A stretch of 63,964 nt of DNA, counting the filler, from Reclinomonas americana ATCC 50394 (taxonomy: Eukaryota): assembly GCA_048213135.1 (NCBI GenBank). It is 7 parts of 4 records of this genome, joined end to end, with 100 filler letters (N's around TTAATTAATTAA, not from the genome) between each part and the next. Parts side by side here need not be neighbours in the genome. Positions count along the whole stretch, not along the records: positions 33,382 to 53,971 come from PS015292.1; positions 54,072 to 55,860 come from PS015292.1; positions 55,961 to 62,473 come from PS015292.1; 4 more parts are not named here. One strand, given 5' to 3'. The notes below the pieces were generated by a model. It was not told the DNA's origin. It searched no databases and was given only the letters and a program-made list of their open reading frames with translations. The position numbers were made by a program, and so were the translations under genes. Shown one piece after another: positions 44,101-55,967 of this stretch (position 1 is its first letter; each line of letters begins with the position of its first letter).

Positions 44101-46014
44101 GTGAGGCCAAGGTCCTGCTGGTGGAGCGTGTCACCGAGCTTCTGTCTGCCTTTGAAAAGTACGTGCCACTCGCGACTCTTCTTCAATTTGTCGACGTGCT
44201 GACGTTGTTGGTGTCGTGCGAGTAGGTATCGCGCCGACGGCCTGTCGTTGTGGGTGCTCGATCGCATTCAGCATCTGGTCACCCAGCGATACGAGGAGGA
44301 GCGTCGAACAAAGACGCTGGTGCACTCCAAGTACTTCCAGGCTCTCTGCGACCTGGTGCTGGCGTGCGTGCACCTGCGAAGAGCTCGAGCCGCCGCCGCG
44401 GTCGAGCGGGACTGGAGTCAGGTGGCGCTCATTGAGCAACGTTGCGCTGATTGCCGTCGTGCCCTTTCGAGTGCCACCCTCCCCTCACTGCCATGCTTGT
44501 CGTGTGCAGAGTTTGCCAGTGGGCGCACGGGCCCGGCATCCGGAGAGCTGATCTGCTGCACCGACGATGTCGCAGTGGTCGACGCAGAGGTACGCGATAG
44601 TTTACACTGATGAGATTCGTTTACGAGAGTGCTCATTCGAGAGCGGACAGCGTGTGGTATGTACCGTTGGCTTTGGCACGGTGCGGTCGAGTGCATGCAT
44701 CACCAGTGGTCGCTGGTACTACGAGGTGGAGTTGTTGTCGGCGGCCGATGTCGAAGTCGGTTGGGTTACATCCAAGTTCAATCCCAAGTCGGTGGTACGT
44801 GCAATGACTGTGATTGGCGTCAGTTCTGTGCGTTTGTGTCTCACCGCCACCCCTGTTGCGCAGTTGTCGCGTGGCGTCGGCTTCGATGTCCATTCATGGG
44901 GCTTTGATCCGACCAATGTGCGCTTCTGGCCGGCTAGCACGCCTCGGGTACGTCACGTGGATTGTAGTGTTCGTGACATCTGTGCGTTGCAGCTGATTGG
45001 TGATATAGATGCAAGGCGGCAAAGTGGACACCACCGGTGCTGTGATCGGGTGTGCAGTCGACTTTGAGAGCCGCAGGATGACCTGGTTCATCAATGGCGA
45101 TCCGACCGACTGCATTGTCGAGGTTGGTGGTGTCAGGTTCTTCGTGTGTGTTTGGTCTCCGTTTTTGCTCATTCGCACGAACAGAAATTCGACGCTCCCG
45201 AGGGACTCTACCCCGCAGTCACCGTCCACGAGCGTGGAGTGGTGCTCATCAACCAGGGTCAGCGCCCGTTCCGGTTCGCGCTCTCCCTGCATTTTGTCTC
45301 GCACACGTGCTTACTCACTCACTCTTCAACATATTTGTAGGCACCGATCTCCACGAGGATTCGTGCCGCTGGTGGTCGATCCGCTGCCGGAGATTGGTAA
45401 GGAATCGTGTCCGTGCACTCGATTGTGCTTGCATCTCGCACTCACTCTCGTCCCCCACAGTCGGCACTCAATGGTACCACAAGCTGGCTGACCTGGCGGA
45501 CCTGGCGCGCTCGTTGACAACTGGCGAGCCCATTCATCCGCTGTTGCTGGAGAAGGCTGTGGCCAAGGAGGCTTTCACCCACGGTACTGTGAATTTGCAA
45601 GCCAGTTGTCCAGTGCAGCGCGTTCGCATCGGTTGACACGTGTGTCTCTCTATCTTGCCGCAGAGCCGACGCGCATCCTGTCGAGACCAATGTCGACCAC
45701 CGGTGGCAACACGGAGCATCTGCAGCGCGTGAGCGAAATCAACGACTCGGTGTACACGGCGACTCGCTCGAGCAACGTCGACATTGTGCTGGAGCTGACC
45801 ATGGAACGCGCATACATGGTGTGCGAGGTGGTGCTTGACGCTGAGACGTTGCGTAGCGTGTGCGTGAGAGAGATGGCATGCGTTTATCCCGTGCGCCATG
45901 CTGACCTGGGTCTGCGTGTGCAGGTGTGCTGGCGGCGTACCCGAGTGCACATATGTGCTCGGCAGCACAGGTTTGTGGTTTTCATTTCGATATGTTGTTG
46001 AAGCGACGCACCAC
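35172..46014 (+). CDS. Giant HECTD4/MYCBP2/ZZEF1-like protein: Ala-rich N-terminus, LamG-like domain, two CUB-like domains, SPRY (many exons, gapped)
   Basis: IACDGEYLYVHGTFGLLKLGSGLHGT. LamG: TIEAWV..WVHLAAVYDG..FPGCIDEVRIW. CUB-like: VESKHP|YPSN..FKSD..FGYKITV and SPHPYADN..FDPRCATENGCDYLTF..FKSDASGNDWGYKF. SPRY: FGTVRS..SGRWYYEV..VGW..GVGFDVHSWGFD. Confidence 0.78.
42278..43407 (-). CDS. Coding fragment with a PA (protease-associated)-like domain on a gap-flanked contig, opposite strand to the surrounding giant gene
   Basis: INGHVVLLDGCTAKVADK|ILTLQEAGALAVVC..LRLPVFIT resembles a PA domain; upstream LVALATQPTP..LEEMSARLQERI. Confidence 0.55.
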
Positions 46015-46213
46015 NNNNNNNNNNNNNNNNNNNNNNNNNNNNNNNNNNNNNNNNNNNNNNNNNNNNNNNNNNNNNNNNNNNNNNNNNNNNNNNNNNNNNN
46101 NNNNNNNNNNNNNNNNNNNNNNNNNNNNNNNNNNNNNNNNNNNNNNNNNNNNNNNNNNNNNNNNNNNNNNNNNNNNNNNNNNNNNNNNNNNNNNNNNNNN
46201 NNNNNNNNNNNNN

Positions 46214-47327
46214 AGTCGGAATCTGCAAAGACACACACACACACACACACATAGTCAGCGGCCGACAATTACACCGACCACCACCACCACCAGCCGTTGC
46301 TCACCTTACTTCACCCCACTCAGCCTCGGTGGTTGGCGCACGGCTGCGGCCCCAGACGAAACGCAAGAACCGTGACCGCTCCTCTGGCGAGAACGATTCG
46401 AGTGCCTGCCAAAAGTACTTGACGGTCGGATGTTGCGAATCCAGTGCATTGCGATAGTCTGTTCTTCGCTTGAGGTCCTCGATGTTGAGAACCGGCCGAC
46501 CACACACCAACACCTCCAGATCACGCCAGTCGAAGAGACCCAGGAACTGGATTGGCTGTGGTGCAACATCACTCGATTCAGCAACGCACACAGCGTTTGC
46601 AGCAGTGAGTGACTCGAACACGCGCACTCACCACCACACAGTTCAAGCCCTCCTTCATCTTCTGCACTTGCAACTTGCTTTCCTCCAGTCGCTTCTTCAG
46701 CAACAACTCCGCATACTCTACCAAATTCTCGGAACTGCACGCGGGAGAAGAACGAGCGTCAGCAACCCAGATGTGAATGCAGACGTGGGCGGTGGCGTCC
46801 ACGCAACGTGATTGGTATTTCACGACCGCCCTCCTTTAGCTCCACCTCCACACCGCCCGGAAGTACACACGTGAACGTGGCACCGGTCATGCCGGCCACA
46901 ATGTCCGCGCGGACTTCGTCGTCGGCCTCCAATACCGACTGAATGAACCGTGCTGTTGTCGTGTCAACGGCACTCAGGTCGGAGAGCGTGAGCGGTTGGT
47001 CCACCTGCACCGAGAGAGCGCGCAGTTAGCCTGCAGCCTCCTGTGCATTGCCAACAACACACAGTCGCTGCGCACCAACTGCTTCCACACAGTGACGGCC
47101 AGATCGAGATTGAGCGTGTTCCGCGTGCGCAGCGCAATGCCCATCAACTTGCCCATGAATTTGTACATGCCGAGATGGACGGGCCGCGTTGACGCCGGAT
47201 TCACAACAAATTTCTCGCTGTGACGCATAGAGCGGTTTCAGTAAAACACACAGAGCAGGAGTGGACAGCAAGTGACAGCAGCAACTCACCGATTCTCTCC
47301 AATTTGATTCGTGTTGTTCGAACAGGG
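46214..47327 (-). CDS. HECT E3 ubiquitin-ligase domain fragment (HERC/HECTD4 type) on a gap-flanked contig
   Basis: MYKFMGKLMGIALRTRNTLNLDL, ELKEGGREIPIT, LEVLVCGRPVLNIEDLK and VKYFWQALESFSPEERSRFLRFVWGRSR. Confidence 0.92.
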
Positions 47328-47712
47328 NNNNNNNNNNNNNNNNNNNNNNNNNNNNNNNNNNNNNNNNNNNNNNNNNNNNNNNNNNNNNNNNNNNNNNNNN
47401 NNNNNNNNNNNNNNNNNNNNNNNNNNNNNNNNNNNNNNNNNNNNNNNNNNNNNNNNNNNNNNNNNNNNNNNNNNNNNNNNNNNNNNNNNNNNNNNNNNNN
47501 NNNNNNNNNNNNNNNNNNNNNNNNNNNNNNNNNNNNNNNNNNNNNNNNNNNNNNNNNNNNNNNNNNNNNNNNNNNNNNNNNNNNNNNNNNNNNNNNNNNN
47601 NNNNNNNNNNNNNNNNNNNNNNNNNNNNNNNNNNNNNNNNNNNNNNNNNNNNNNNNNNNNNNNNNNNNNNNNNNNNNNNNNNNNNNNNNNNNNNNNNNNN
47701 NNNNNNNNNNNN

Positions 47713-47828
47713 TTTCGCGGCGGCGACGTATACATGCGCATGGGCGACGCAACGCCACCGCTGGTCGACGACGACGCGGACGACAGCGGACTGAACATGA
47801 CACCACCCAAGTTGTGCATCTCCATCTC

Positions 47829-47859
<31 letters not shown>

Positions 47860-48766
47860 AACGAAAGCGCCACCAGCCGCTCCTTTCTCCGTCGCCGCAC
47901 CCAGTAAAACACGCACATCACCACGATAATGGCGACAATCACAAACGCGCCGAGACCAATGCCCATGTAGAGAATCGTCTGTGAGTTGTCGGTGGTGCTG
48001 GTCGAGTCCACTGTCGTGCCACTGGAGGTCACATCGGAGCCCGTGGATCCATCCGCGCCCGCCAGCACGTACTGCCCACCGACAGTCACCGAGAACGTGT
48101 TATCATTGTAGATGCCGAGACAGTAGATGCCGGCGGCGGGTATGCTCGAGGTGTTGTTGAGCCAGCGAGCGGGATTGACCGAGAGCGGAGTATTCGTGGT
48201 GGCGTCGAAGCTGTAGGCCACAACAAACTGGAAGCTGCGACCAGCCACCATGCTATCATAGGCATCGGTGGTCATCAGATACACACTCCAGGCTGCACGC
48301 ACAAAGGAGGGAGAGTCAGTGAGCAAGCACAAAAAGAGTCATGAAATCAGACACGACGCAACTCGTCGCGCTGTTGGCGCTCGACGACGACAGCGACACG
48401 CCCAAGTTGTAGCCAAAGTAACACGACGGGCATGTGACACTGCCAAACTGCGAGAAGGAGAGTGAGTGAGCGGAGTCAATGACTGTGACGCACACACACA
48501 CAAACAGACAGAGAGCGCGCAACTCGTTGACCGCGCCGCGCCGGTAGTGTAAAGCTCACAGAGACCGGGTTGAAGCCGACTCGCGGCACTTGCTCCGCTT
48601 GCTCGTCAAAGGCAGCACTCTCCCACTCGTGATCACTGTCACTCCGCACTTTGATCGCCGAGGCCACACGCGCTCTCCGCCACTCCGCCCACACGAACAG
48701 CAGCAGCAGTGTGGCCACTGTGCCCATGAGCAGAAGGCGCAGCACAGTGCGACGCTCACGAGTCAT
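47713..48766 (-). CDS. Type I membrane protein with N-terminal hydrophobic segment and poly-Q cytoplasmic tail (3' end in gap)
   Basis: N-terminus MTRERRTVLRLLLMGTVATLLLLFVW; Ser/Thr stalk; TM ILYMGIGLGAFVIVAIIVVMCVFYW followed by RRRRK. Confidence 0.65.
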
Positions 48767-48820
48767 TGCCTGTGCGCATCTATCTATACAAGGAGGACGT
48801 GAGAGAGGACACCTTTGTGA

Positions 48821-50846
48821 ATGACTGCGTTGGAGCAGCAACTGAGTGCGCTGCATGTTGAGTGAGTGTCGGTACTCTTGTGTAAGCACATGCTCACCAT
48901 GTGCACACACACAGGAGAGTGTGGAGCGACTGAAGGCGACGGATGCTGGCAATGAGGTGACGGCGTGCGAGTTGGATAACTTTGAGCGACTGGCTGCGCG
49001 TCACTTGCACGGTCAGTGAGAGCTTGCATACTGTCTCTGTGGCACAGAGTCTGAGCGCGCGCGTGTGTACATAGAGCGAGCTCGTGGGCATCATGAGATT
49101 GCGTGGGAGAGCGTGCATGCACTGTTGCCGGGGGATCCGCGCATGCGTCTGTATGAGGAGCTGGAGGAGCCGGAGTCGCGTGAGGAGTGTCGTGCGCTGT
49201 TGCAGAAGCTGGTGGTGCTCAAGTTGAATGGAGGACTCGGCACCTCCATGGGTGAGCGTCGCTGTCGAGCGTGAGTCGCTGGAGACAAGTGGACTGAGCT
49301 GGTGCGCAGGCTGTGAGGGACCAAAGAACGCCATTGAGATCCGCCCGGGTGTGTCGTTCTACGATTGCTTTGTGGATCAGATCGAGGTGCGAGTGTGATT
49401 GGTGGTGCACAGATGCCCGCGTGATGTTCATTGGTGCTTTGTCGCGCTGCAGCACTTGAATGAGACGTACGATGTGGATGTGCCGCTGGTGCTGCTCAAC
49501 TCGTTCGCCACGCAGTCGCTGACGGAGGAGATTCTGCGTCGCGAGTGCTACTCGCCGGAGCGCAGGCGGTGTCGCATTCTCACGGTACAGCAGCAGCGGT
49601 TTCCGCGCATCGATGCGGAGACGTTGTTGCCGGTGCCGAGTACCGCGTGCGAGGACTCGGTGTGGTCCATGTCTTGCTCTCTCTATGGCATGTCCTCCTC
49701 TCCTTCCTCATCACGCGAATCGCCGCAGCTCGACTTCAATCTCAACGAGTGGTATCCGCCCGGGCACGGCGACGTGTACGACACGCTGCTGTTACATGCA
49801 CCGGAGCTGCTCGAGAAGTTGCGTGCCGAAGGACGCGAGTTTCTCTTCACCTCCAACGGCGACAATCTCGGCGGCTGTGTCGATCTTCATATCCTTTTTG
49901 TTGCTGCTGCTAGCTGGCGATCGTGGTTCTCATGTATTCCGCGTCCTTGACTCGTATGTGTCGCGCACGCATGTTGAAGCATATTGCGGCCGGGCACGTC
50001 GACATGTTCAACGAGGTGGTCGAGAAGCTGCCGCGCGACAAGAAGGGCGGTACACCGATCCTCCACAAGTCGGGCCTGAAGATGTTGGAGACGGCCGAGG
50101 TGCCGGCGCAGCATGTTCGTGTGACTGCAAGTTTAATACCGTGTTGGTGACGGGATGGTTGCTGACTGTGGCGCACCCAGATGCATGAGTTTTGTGGTAT
50201 TGACAAGTTCCAGGTCTTCAACACCAACAATCTGTGGTTCCGCATCGACGCCCTGCAAGCGCACCTCGAGCTCGACATTATCGTCAACAAGAAGGTCTCC
50301 ATTATCTCTCCTCCTTGAGTTCCGTGTGTGTCTCATCATCGCGTCACGCAGCGCCTCGGCGATCGCGGTGTCATCCAGTTGGAGACCGCCATGGGATCGG
50401 CGCTGCAGTTCTTTGAGCGCTCCTGTGCCATTCGTGTGCCACGCATTCGCTACGCCCCCGTCAAGACATGCACCGATCTGCTGCTCATCATGAGCGATCA
50501 GTACCACGTGGAGCACGGACGCCTGATGAAGCACGACCCGCAGTCGCCACCTCCCATTGTGGATCTACACGGTCGATACACCACGGTGTCCGAGTTCATG
50601 GCGCACTTCCCGCGCGGCTTCCCCAGCACCAAGCAACTGACGCACTTGCGTGTCGACGGCAATGTGGTGTTTGGGGCGGATGTCGTGTTGCGAGTTCCGT
50701 CTGCCACTGTTCTCTGCAAACCCCATTGTCTTCGACAGCTCATTCATGCTCCCCCTCTGCAGGGCGACGTGACCATTGTTGCCTCGCACGACGATGCCGT
50801 TGTGCCCGACGGATCCGTGTTGGAGAACGAGACTGTACGAGTGTGA
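48821..50846 (+). CDS. UGP: UTP-glucose-1-phosphate uridylyltransferase (UDP-glucose pyrophosphorylase)
   Basis: KLNGGLGTSMG|CEGPK, WYPPGHGD, SNGDNLG, DKKGG, FNTNNLW, IQLETAMG, PVKTCTDLL and HLRVDGNVVFG. Confidence 0.95.
49889..49968 (+). other. U12-type AT-AC intron
   Basis: 5' end ATATCCTTT, branch site TCCTTGAC at 49944-49951, 3' end AC. Removal restores the UGPase frame. Confidence 0.88.
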
Positions 50847-50956
50847 CGAGTGAAGCGCCTTTTGTGCTCACAATGTTCTTTTTATGGTGTTGCGATTTTC
50901 ATTGTTGTTCCTGCTGTTATTGCTCGGATCGACGTCGCCGTCGTCGTTGCCGCTTC

Positions 50957-52025
50957 TCAACGGAACCGATACTTGATGATTGGTACGTCGGCATCGGATT
51001 CATCCCTTCCCGTGGCCATGGCCACCAGCTGCACGTACTTGATGTCCGGCCGCAGCTGGATGCCGCTGATCTTCTCAATGAGCTTTGACACACTGTGCGA
51101 GCACCGCGTTAGGGTCCAAGCAGCACGCAAGAGGGGGGGCTGGAGAGGATGGAATTACTCACGGCATGCTCAGGTGCTCCTCTCGCTTCTTCGGTGCCAT
51201 GAAGAACGTGTAGATCATGGCCTTGCCCGAGGTCAGCATCTGCAGATCGAGGTTGTGTCGCGTCTGCAGAATGTCGACAAACTCGCGCAGCGTTATGTCG
51301 CGGCCCTCGTCGATCACCAGCCAGTCCCAGATCGACCACTCGATTCCATTGTACTGCGACTTGCCTGGCGCCACTGGCGTGGAGAAGTCGTAGTAGGAGA
51401 TGGCAGTGTTGACAAAGGCGTTCTTGTAGGCGTCCAACTCCTTCTGCTGCAGGAGCTTGTACAGTTCGAGCCCGACCAGACCCGTGATCAGCGCCGTGGT
51501 GGTCACCATGGCCGGAATGATCTTGCCGGCAATCATCTTGGACCGTTGCTTGTCGGCCTGTCAACAACGAGACACCAATGAGATGTGGGCTGACGAATAA
51601 TCGTTGATTGATTGCAAACCTCGGGAATCTTGTAGTTGCGTGCACGCAGATTGGAGGCGGCGGTGATAAAGTCCATGTGGAAGTTTCTGTCGTCGTCCTT
51701 CTCAAACTGCTGCGGCGACAGCTCAAAGCCGGCCAACGTGTCGCGCGACGGCAGCTCGGCAATCTGTGTGCGCACCAGTGCATCGTCCGTGTCTTGTGCT
51801 GTGTGTGAATGCACGCAAAATTAGCCACCATTATCATGACCATCACTAGAATAAATACACGCACCCTCACGCTCGTTCTCCGCCGTCTGGATCTTGACAC
51901 CGGCCTTGGGCTGGAACTGCGGAATGGTCGACTCGATGCGGGCGAGAATGCCGCGGATCACGTCAGGCTCCGCAGTGCCATGCAGGCGGTACGTGGCCGC
52001 ACGCAAGTTGGCCGCCGCCGTCACG
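50957..52025 (-). CDS. UBA1: Ubiquitin-activating enzyme E1, C-terminal part
   Basis: [63 protein letters not shown]...[10 protein letters not shown]. Confidence 0.93.
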
Positions 52026-52294
52026 NNNNNNNNNNNNNNNNNNNNNNNNNNNNNNNNNNNNNNNNNNNNNNNNNNNNNNNNNNNNNNNNNNNNNNNNNNN
52101 NNNNNNNNNNNNNNNNNNNNNNNNNNNNNNNNNNNNNNNNNNNNNNNNNNNNNNNNNNNNNNNNNNNNNNNNNNNNNNNNNNNNNNNNNNNNNNNNNNNN
52201 NNNNNNNNNNNNNNNNNNNNNNNNNNNNNNNNNNNNNNNNNNNNNNNNNNNNNNNNNNNNNNNNTTGCTGCTCCTTCCTTCATCTTCTTTTTCC

Positions 52295-53210
52295 CTATGT
52301 CGTGAGCTTCTCGGCCTCGCTTGCTGCCGCTCGCTTGTGCCTTGTCACCAGCACCAGCTTCTCTTCGACGTTGTTGACGAGGTGGTGCGCGAGGCTGCCG
52401 GCAATGAGGCGCTGGAGACCCAACAAGTCCCTGGTGCCCACCACTGCCAGCGACCGTGAGCAACCGATCAGAAGGGCGCGGCGATTCTTCGTGCGGCACG
52501 TACCAATCACATCCGCCTGACGACGGCGAGCCACGTCCTCGATGGTGAGGCGTGGATCCCCGCTGCACACGGTGATGGCCACCTTGGAGTGCAACTTGCC
52601 TCGCGCCACCAGCATTGTCTGCCCGACCGACACATGAGGCACACAGAACCAATAAGACAAAGAAAGAGAGATCTCCTCTGCGTTCAGCACACCAGCATGT
52701 CTGATTGAGCAGCGCGCAGTGATTCGATGGCTGCATCAACTGGCGCCGGTCCCACGTACGGATCTTCGCGAATGTCGGGGGCCAAAAACAAGTCATCCTC
52801 ATCACCACCGGCCGCCACATAGTCACGGATTACCATTGGCAGAGGTGCAGTGCCCTCGATGTTGTAGCCTGTGTGACGGGAGGAAGAATCAAGATGGTCA
52901 GCGAATCTTTTTCCCCACCCTCGTCATTGATTTCTGTCGGCTCGCCTGGTATCGAGTAGTCCGTCTCTATGCACCACGTGAGCTGTGCACGACATTAGTG
53001 GATGAAAGCGGAACATTCAATCTGCGCAAGCACAGGCGCACACACAGACCAACACGAAATCGCCATCCTGAACGAGGTCGGCCACCTGGCGACAGGCCTC
53101 CTCGGCATCGGCCGTTCCGTCGTAGGCTGTGTGGGGCGGGCGCACGGTCAATGCTGGACTAGGAGCTCGGCTCCTGGTGTCTCCCTCTTCTCACCGACAA
53201 CGAAGCGCAT
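52295..53210 (-). CDS. Universal stress protein (UspA family), multi-exon
   Basis: MRFVV|AYDGTADAEEAC...GDPRLTIEDVARRRQADVI|VVGTRDLLGLQRLIAGSLAHHLVNN matches the USP N- and C-terminal motifs. Confidence 0.8.
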
Positions 53211-53363
53211 GCGCAGCACAAGGACGGAATAACAAAAGTCGGCGAATGGATGAACGAAAGGATACCCAATATCAATGCATGAATACACTTGGTTTTTTCC
53301 TGTTGCTTCGTTGTTTTGAATGTGAAAAGAATAGTACGGAAAATGGACAGATTGCAACAAAGA

Positions 53364-53971
53364 TCAGAACTGCTCCAGGAACCACTCAAACACCTCCTCG
53401 CTGTCTACATCGTCGGACATGCCGGTTTCGATGCTGTCGTCGCTTCCCAGAACCTGCCGCCCGACTCAGCGGTGAGATGCACACTCATCATGTACGGAGA
53501 TGAGAGGATACAGGGGCGCGCACCTCAGTTGCCGAGTCGGACATATCGTTGAGTGAGCTCTCGTCGTTGTCTGCCAGTGCATCCTCTGCCACGTACAAGT
53601 CGTCGGCCGACAGTTTTGCTGAGTCGGCGTCCTTTGCTGGGTCGCGCTCCGAGAACACATTACGCAGGAACGGGTTGATGGCGGTTTTTCTTGACCGCGG
53701 CTGTATAGAGGCAACAACTGCACGTGAGAACGCCCGCGCAGAAACGGGAGACAACTCGTTCGCCAGCAGAAACGCAACAGCAGCCCGCCGGCGATGAACG
53801 TAGTGCTTGGCCTTCTGCTCCACAACAGCGGTGAGTAGGGGAAGGGTTGATGGCAATACCACACACACACATATGTGTGCAACGCAACGGGGTTCTGCTG
53901 CATCGCGGCTTCCACTTCGGTATCGTCGACATCATCCTGCGTCTCGTTTACCTCCGGCGCCGATTCCTGCA
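53364..53971 (-). CDS. 3' part of an unidentified protein with an acidic tail
   Basis: AVVEQKAKHYVHRRRAAVAFLLANE...DSATE|VLGSDDSIETGMSDDVDSEEVFEWFLEQF*. Confidence 0.55.
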
Positions 53972-54071
53972 NNNNNNNNNNNNNNNNNNNNNNNNNNNNN
54001 NNNNNNNNNNNNNNNTTAATTAATTAANNNNNNNNNNNNNNNNNNNNNNNNNNNNNNNNNNNNNNNNNNNN

Positions 54072-54102
54072 TTGCAGTTGAGGCGGCGGAGCCTGTGCCA
54101 TC

Positions 54103-54135
<33 letters not shown>

Positions 54136-55798
54136 ATCATGAGCTGCTGTTGCTGCATGGCGGACTGCACCGGCGCAGCCTGCGCGGCGACGCTGACCAC
54201 CGGCATGTTGGCGACGACGGGGTTGACCGCAGGAATAGCGGAGGCTGCCGAAGCATCCTTATCCTTACTGGCACAGTTGCCCGACGCAGCACCGGCTTCA
54301 CCCGCAGCAGCAGCGCCGCCGCCTTCCGCTCCAGCACCATCCTCACCGCCGTTCGCACCAGAGCCGTACGCCGCGGGCGTCACTTCGTAGCCTTCGTCGC
54401 GCAAGTAGCGCACCAAAATGGCCTTGAACTGCTGTGCCATCTTCTCTGCCGTCTCGCGATCCTTGATGGCCTTCTCGGCTTCTGAGAGAGCCTTGGACTT
54501 GTTCTGGCCGTTGTTGTTGTTATTGTTGTTGTTGCTGCCACCCGACGATGAGTTGCTTCCACTGCCACTGCCACCGGCCTTGTTGCTTGCGGTGTCGGCC
54601 GCCACGGCAGCCATGACCTCCTGCGCGAGCGGGACGCCAGTCACTGCCGTGACTTGAGGCATGCCGCTGCTGACAGAGGGCATCGAAGTCTCCGTGGTGA
54701 CCTGTGCATGAAAAGGGAGAATTGTGAGCAACACTGGCAGCAGAGTTGTGACAGACGCACGCGGCGCGGCACGCAAACCTGCGGCTCAATCGTGGGAATC
54801 TGCGAGCTGACCTCGGAGAGCATCAAGATCGGCATATCGTTCTCCGGGTTGTCAAAGTCCTCCAAATCCTTGTCCACGTCGGCGGTGCTCGACGATGCAG
54901 ACGAGGTCTCCGCCGCCGCGACCGGGGGAGGAGAGTTTTCAAGCGGAGCAGCTTGCGAGTCTGCGGCCGCCGGAGCACTTGCTGGCGGCGGCGCCACGCT
55001 AGCGTTGTAGTCGGCATCCGGATCGGCGGCCGGCGGGGCGGCAGCCGGTGGAGGTGGCGGCGGTGAGTACGCTTTCGGCTCCACGGGCTCGCCTGCGGCC
55101 TCGTCGGTGTCAATGTCAGGCGTCTCTGGCCGAGCGGCGTAGTTGTACGCCGGTGGCTGCTGGTACGCTGCCGGCTGTTGCTGCTGCTGCTGAGGGTAGG
55201 CGTATTGCGGAGGGTTCGCATACGCGTACGTCGGCTGCTGCTGCTGCTGCTGCTGTGCAGGCGGGTACGTAGCATACTGCGGCGCCGCAGGTTGCTGCTG
55301 TTGCTGTTGCTGCTGCTGAGGTGGGTACGCATAGTACGCTGGCTGCTGAGGTGCCGCCGGTCGCTGCTGCTGCTGTGGATAGTAGTAGTCGTAGTAGCTG
55401 GGAGCCTGAGGAGCGGCCGGGGCCGCGGGCTGTTGCTGTTGTTGTTGTTGTTGTTGTTGCTGCTGCTGCGGGTACCAGTTGTACGAGCCAGGCGGCCGAG
55501 GTGCTGCCGACTCTGGTGGCATGCCCGACATGTCGTAGTAGTCGTCACAGTACGCAGGTGGACCGCAGTTTCGATTGCGCGTCAGCGGAATGGGCTCCTC
55601 AGGCGGGTACACGTTGGTCGGGTACGCAGCCGGTGGAGCGCCCGGAGCGCCCGGCGCTGCTGATGGCGGTCCAGCCGATGGCGCTGCCGGGGGTGCTGCC
55701 GCCGCTGGCGATCCAGGTGGTGGTGGCGGTGGGGGCGGTGGCAGCAGCTGTTTCGGCGGAGCCACTGGTGCAGCGGCGCCGAGCGTACGTGTGGCGCC
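54072..55798 (-). CDS. Low-complexity Pro/Gln/Tyr/Ala-rich protein fragment (2 exons)
   Basis: ORFs 54641-55765 and 54024-54776 join across a GT-AG intron at about 54702-54778; YPQQQQQPAAP repeats. Confidence 0.6.
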
Positions 55799-55967
55799 CT
55801 ACAGGGGCGAAGAGGGAGAGGAGTGAGATATCGTCTCATGTCGCAACAAAAAAACAAAAANNNNNNNNNNNNNNNNNNNNNNNNNNNNNNNNNNNNNNNN
55901 NNNNTTAATTAATTAANNNNNNNNNNNNNNNNNNNNNNNNNNNNNNNNNNNNNNNNNNNNTTTCAGG

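Noticed and set aside
53257..53265. GTATCCTTT (U12-like donor) on the minus strand upstream of the USP gene
   Set aside because: It lies outside coding sequence. The downstream TCCTTGTG is not a proper branch site, and no fitting acceptor precedes the ATG.
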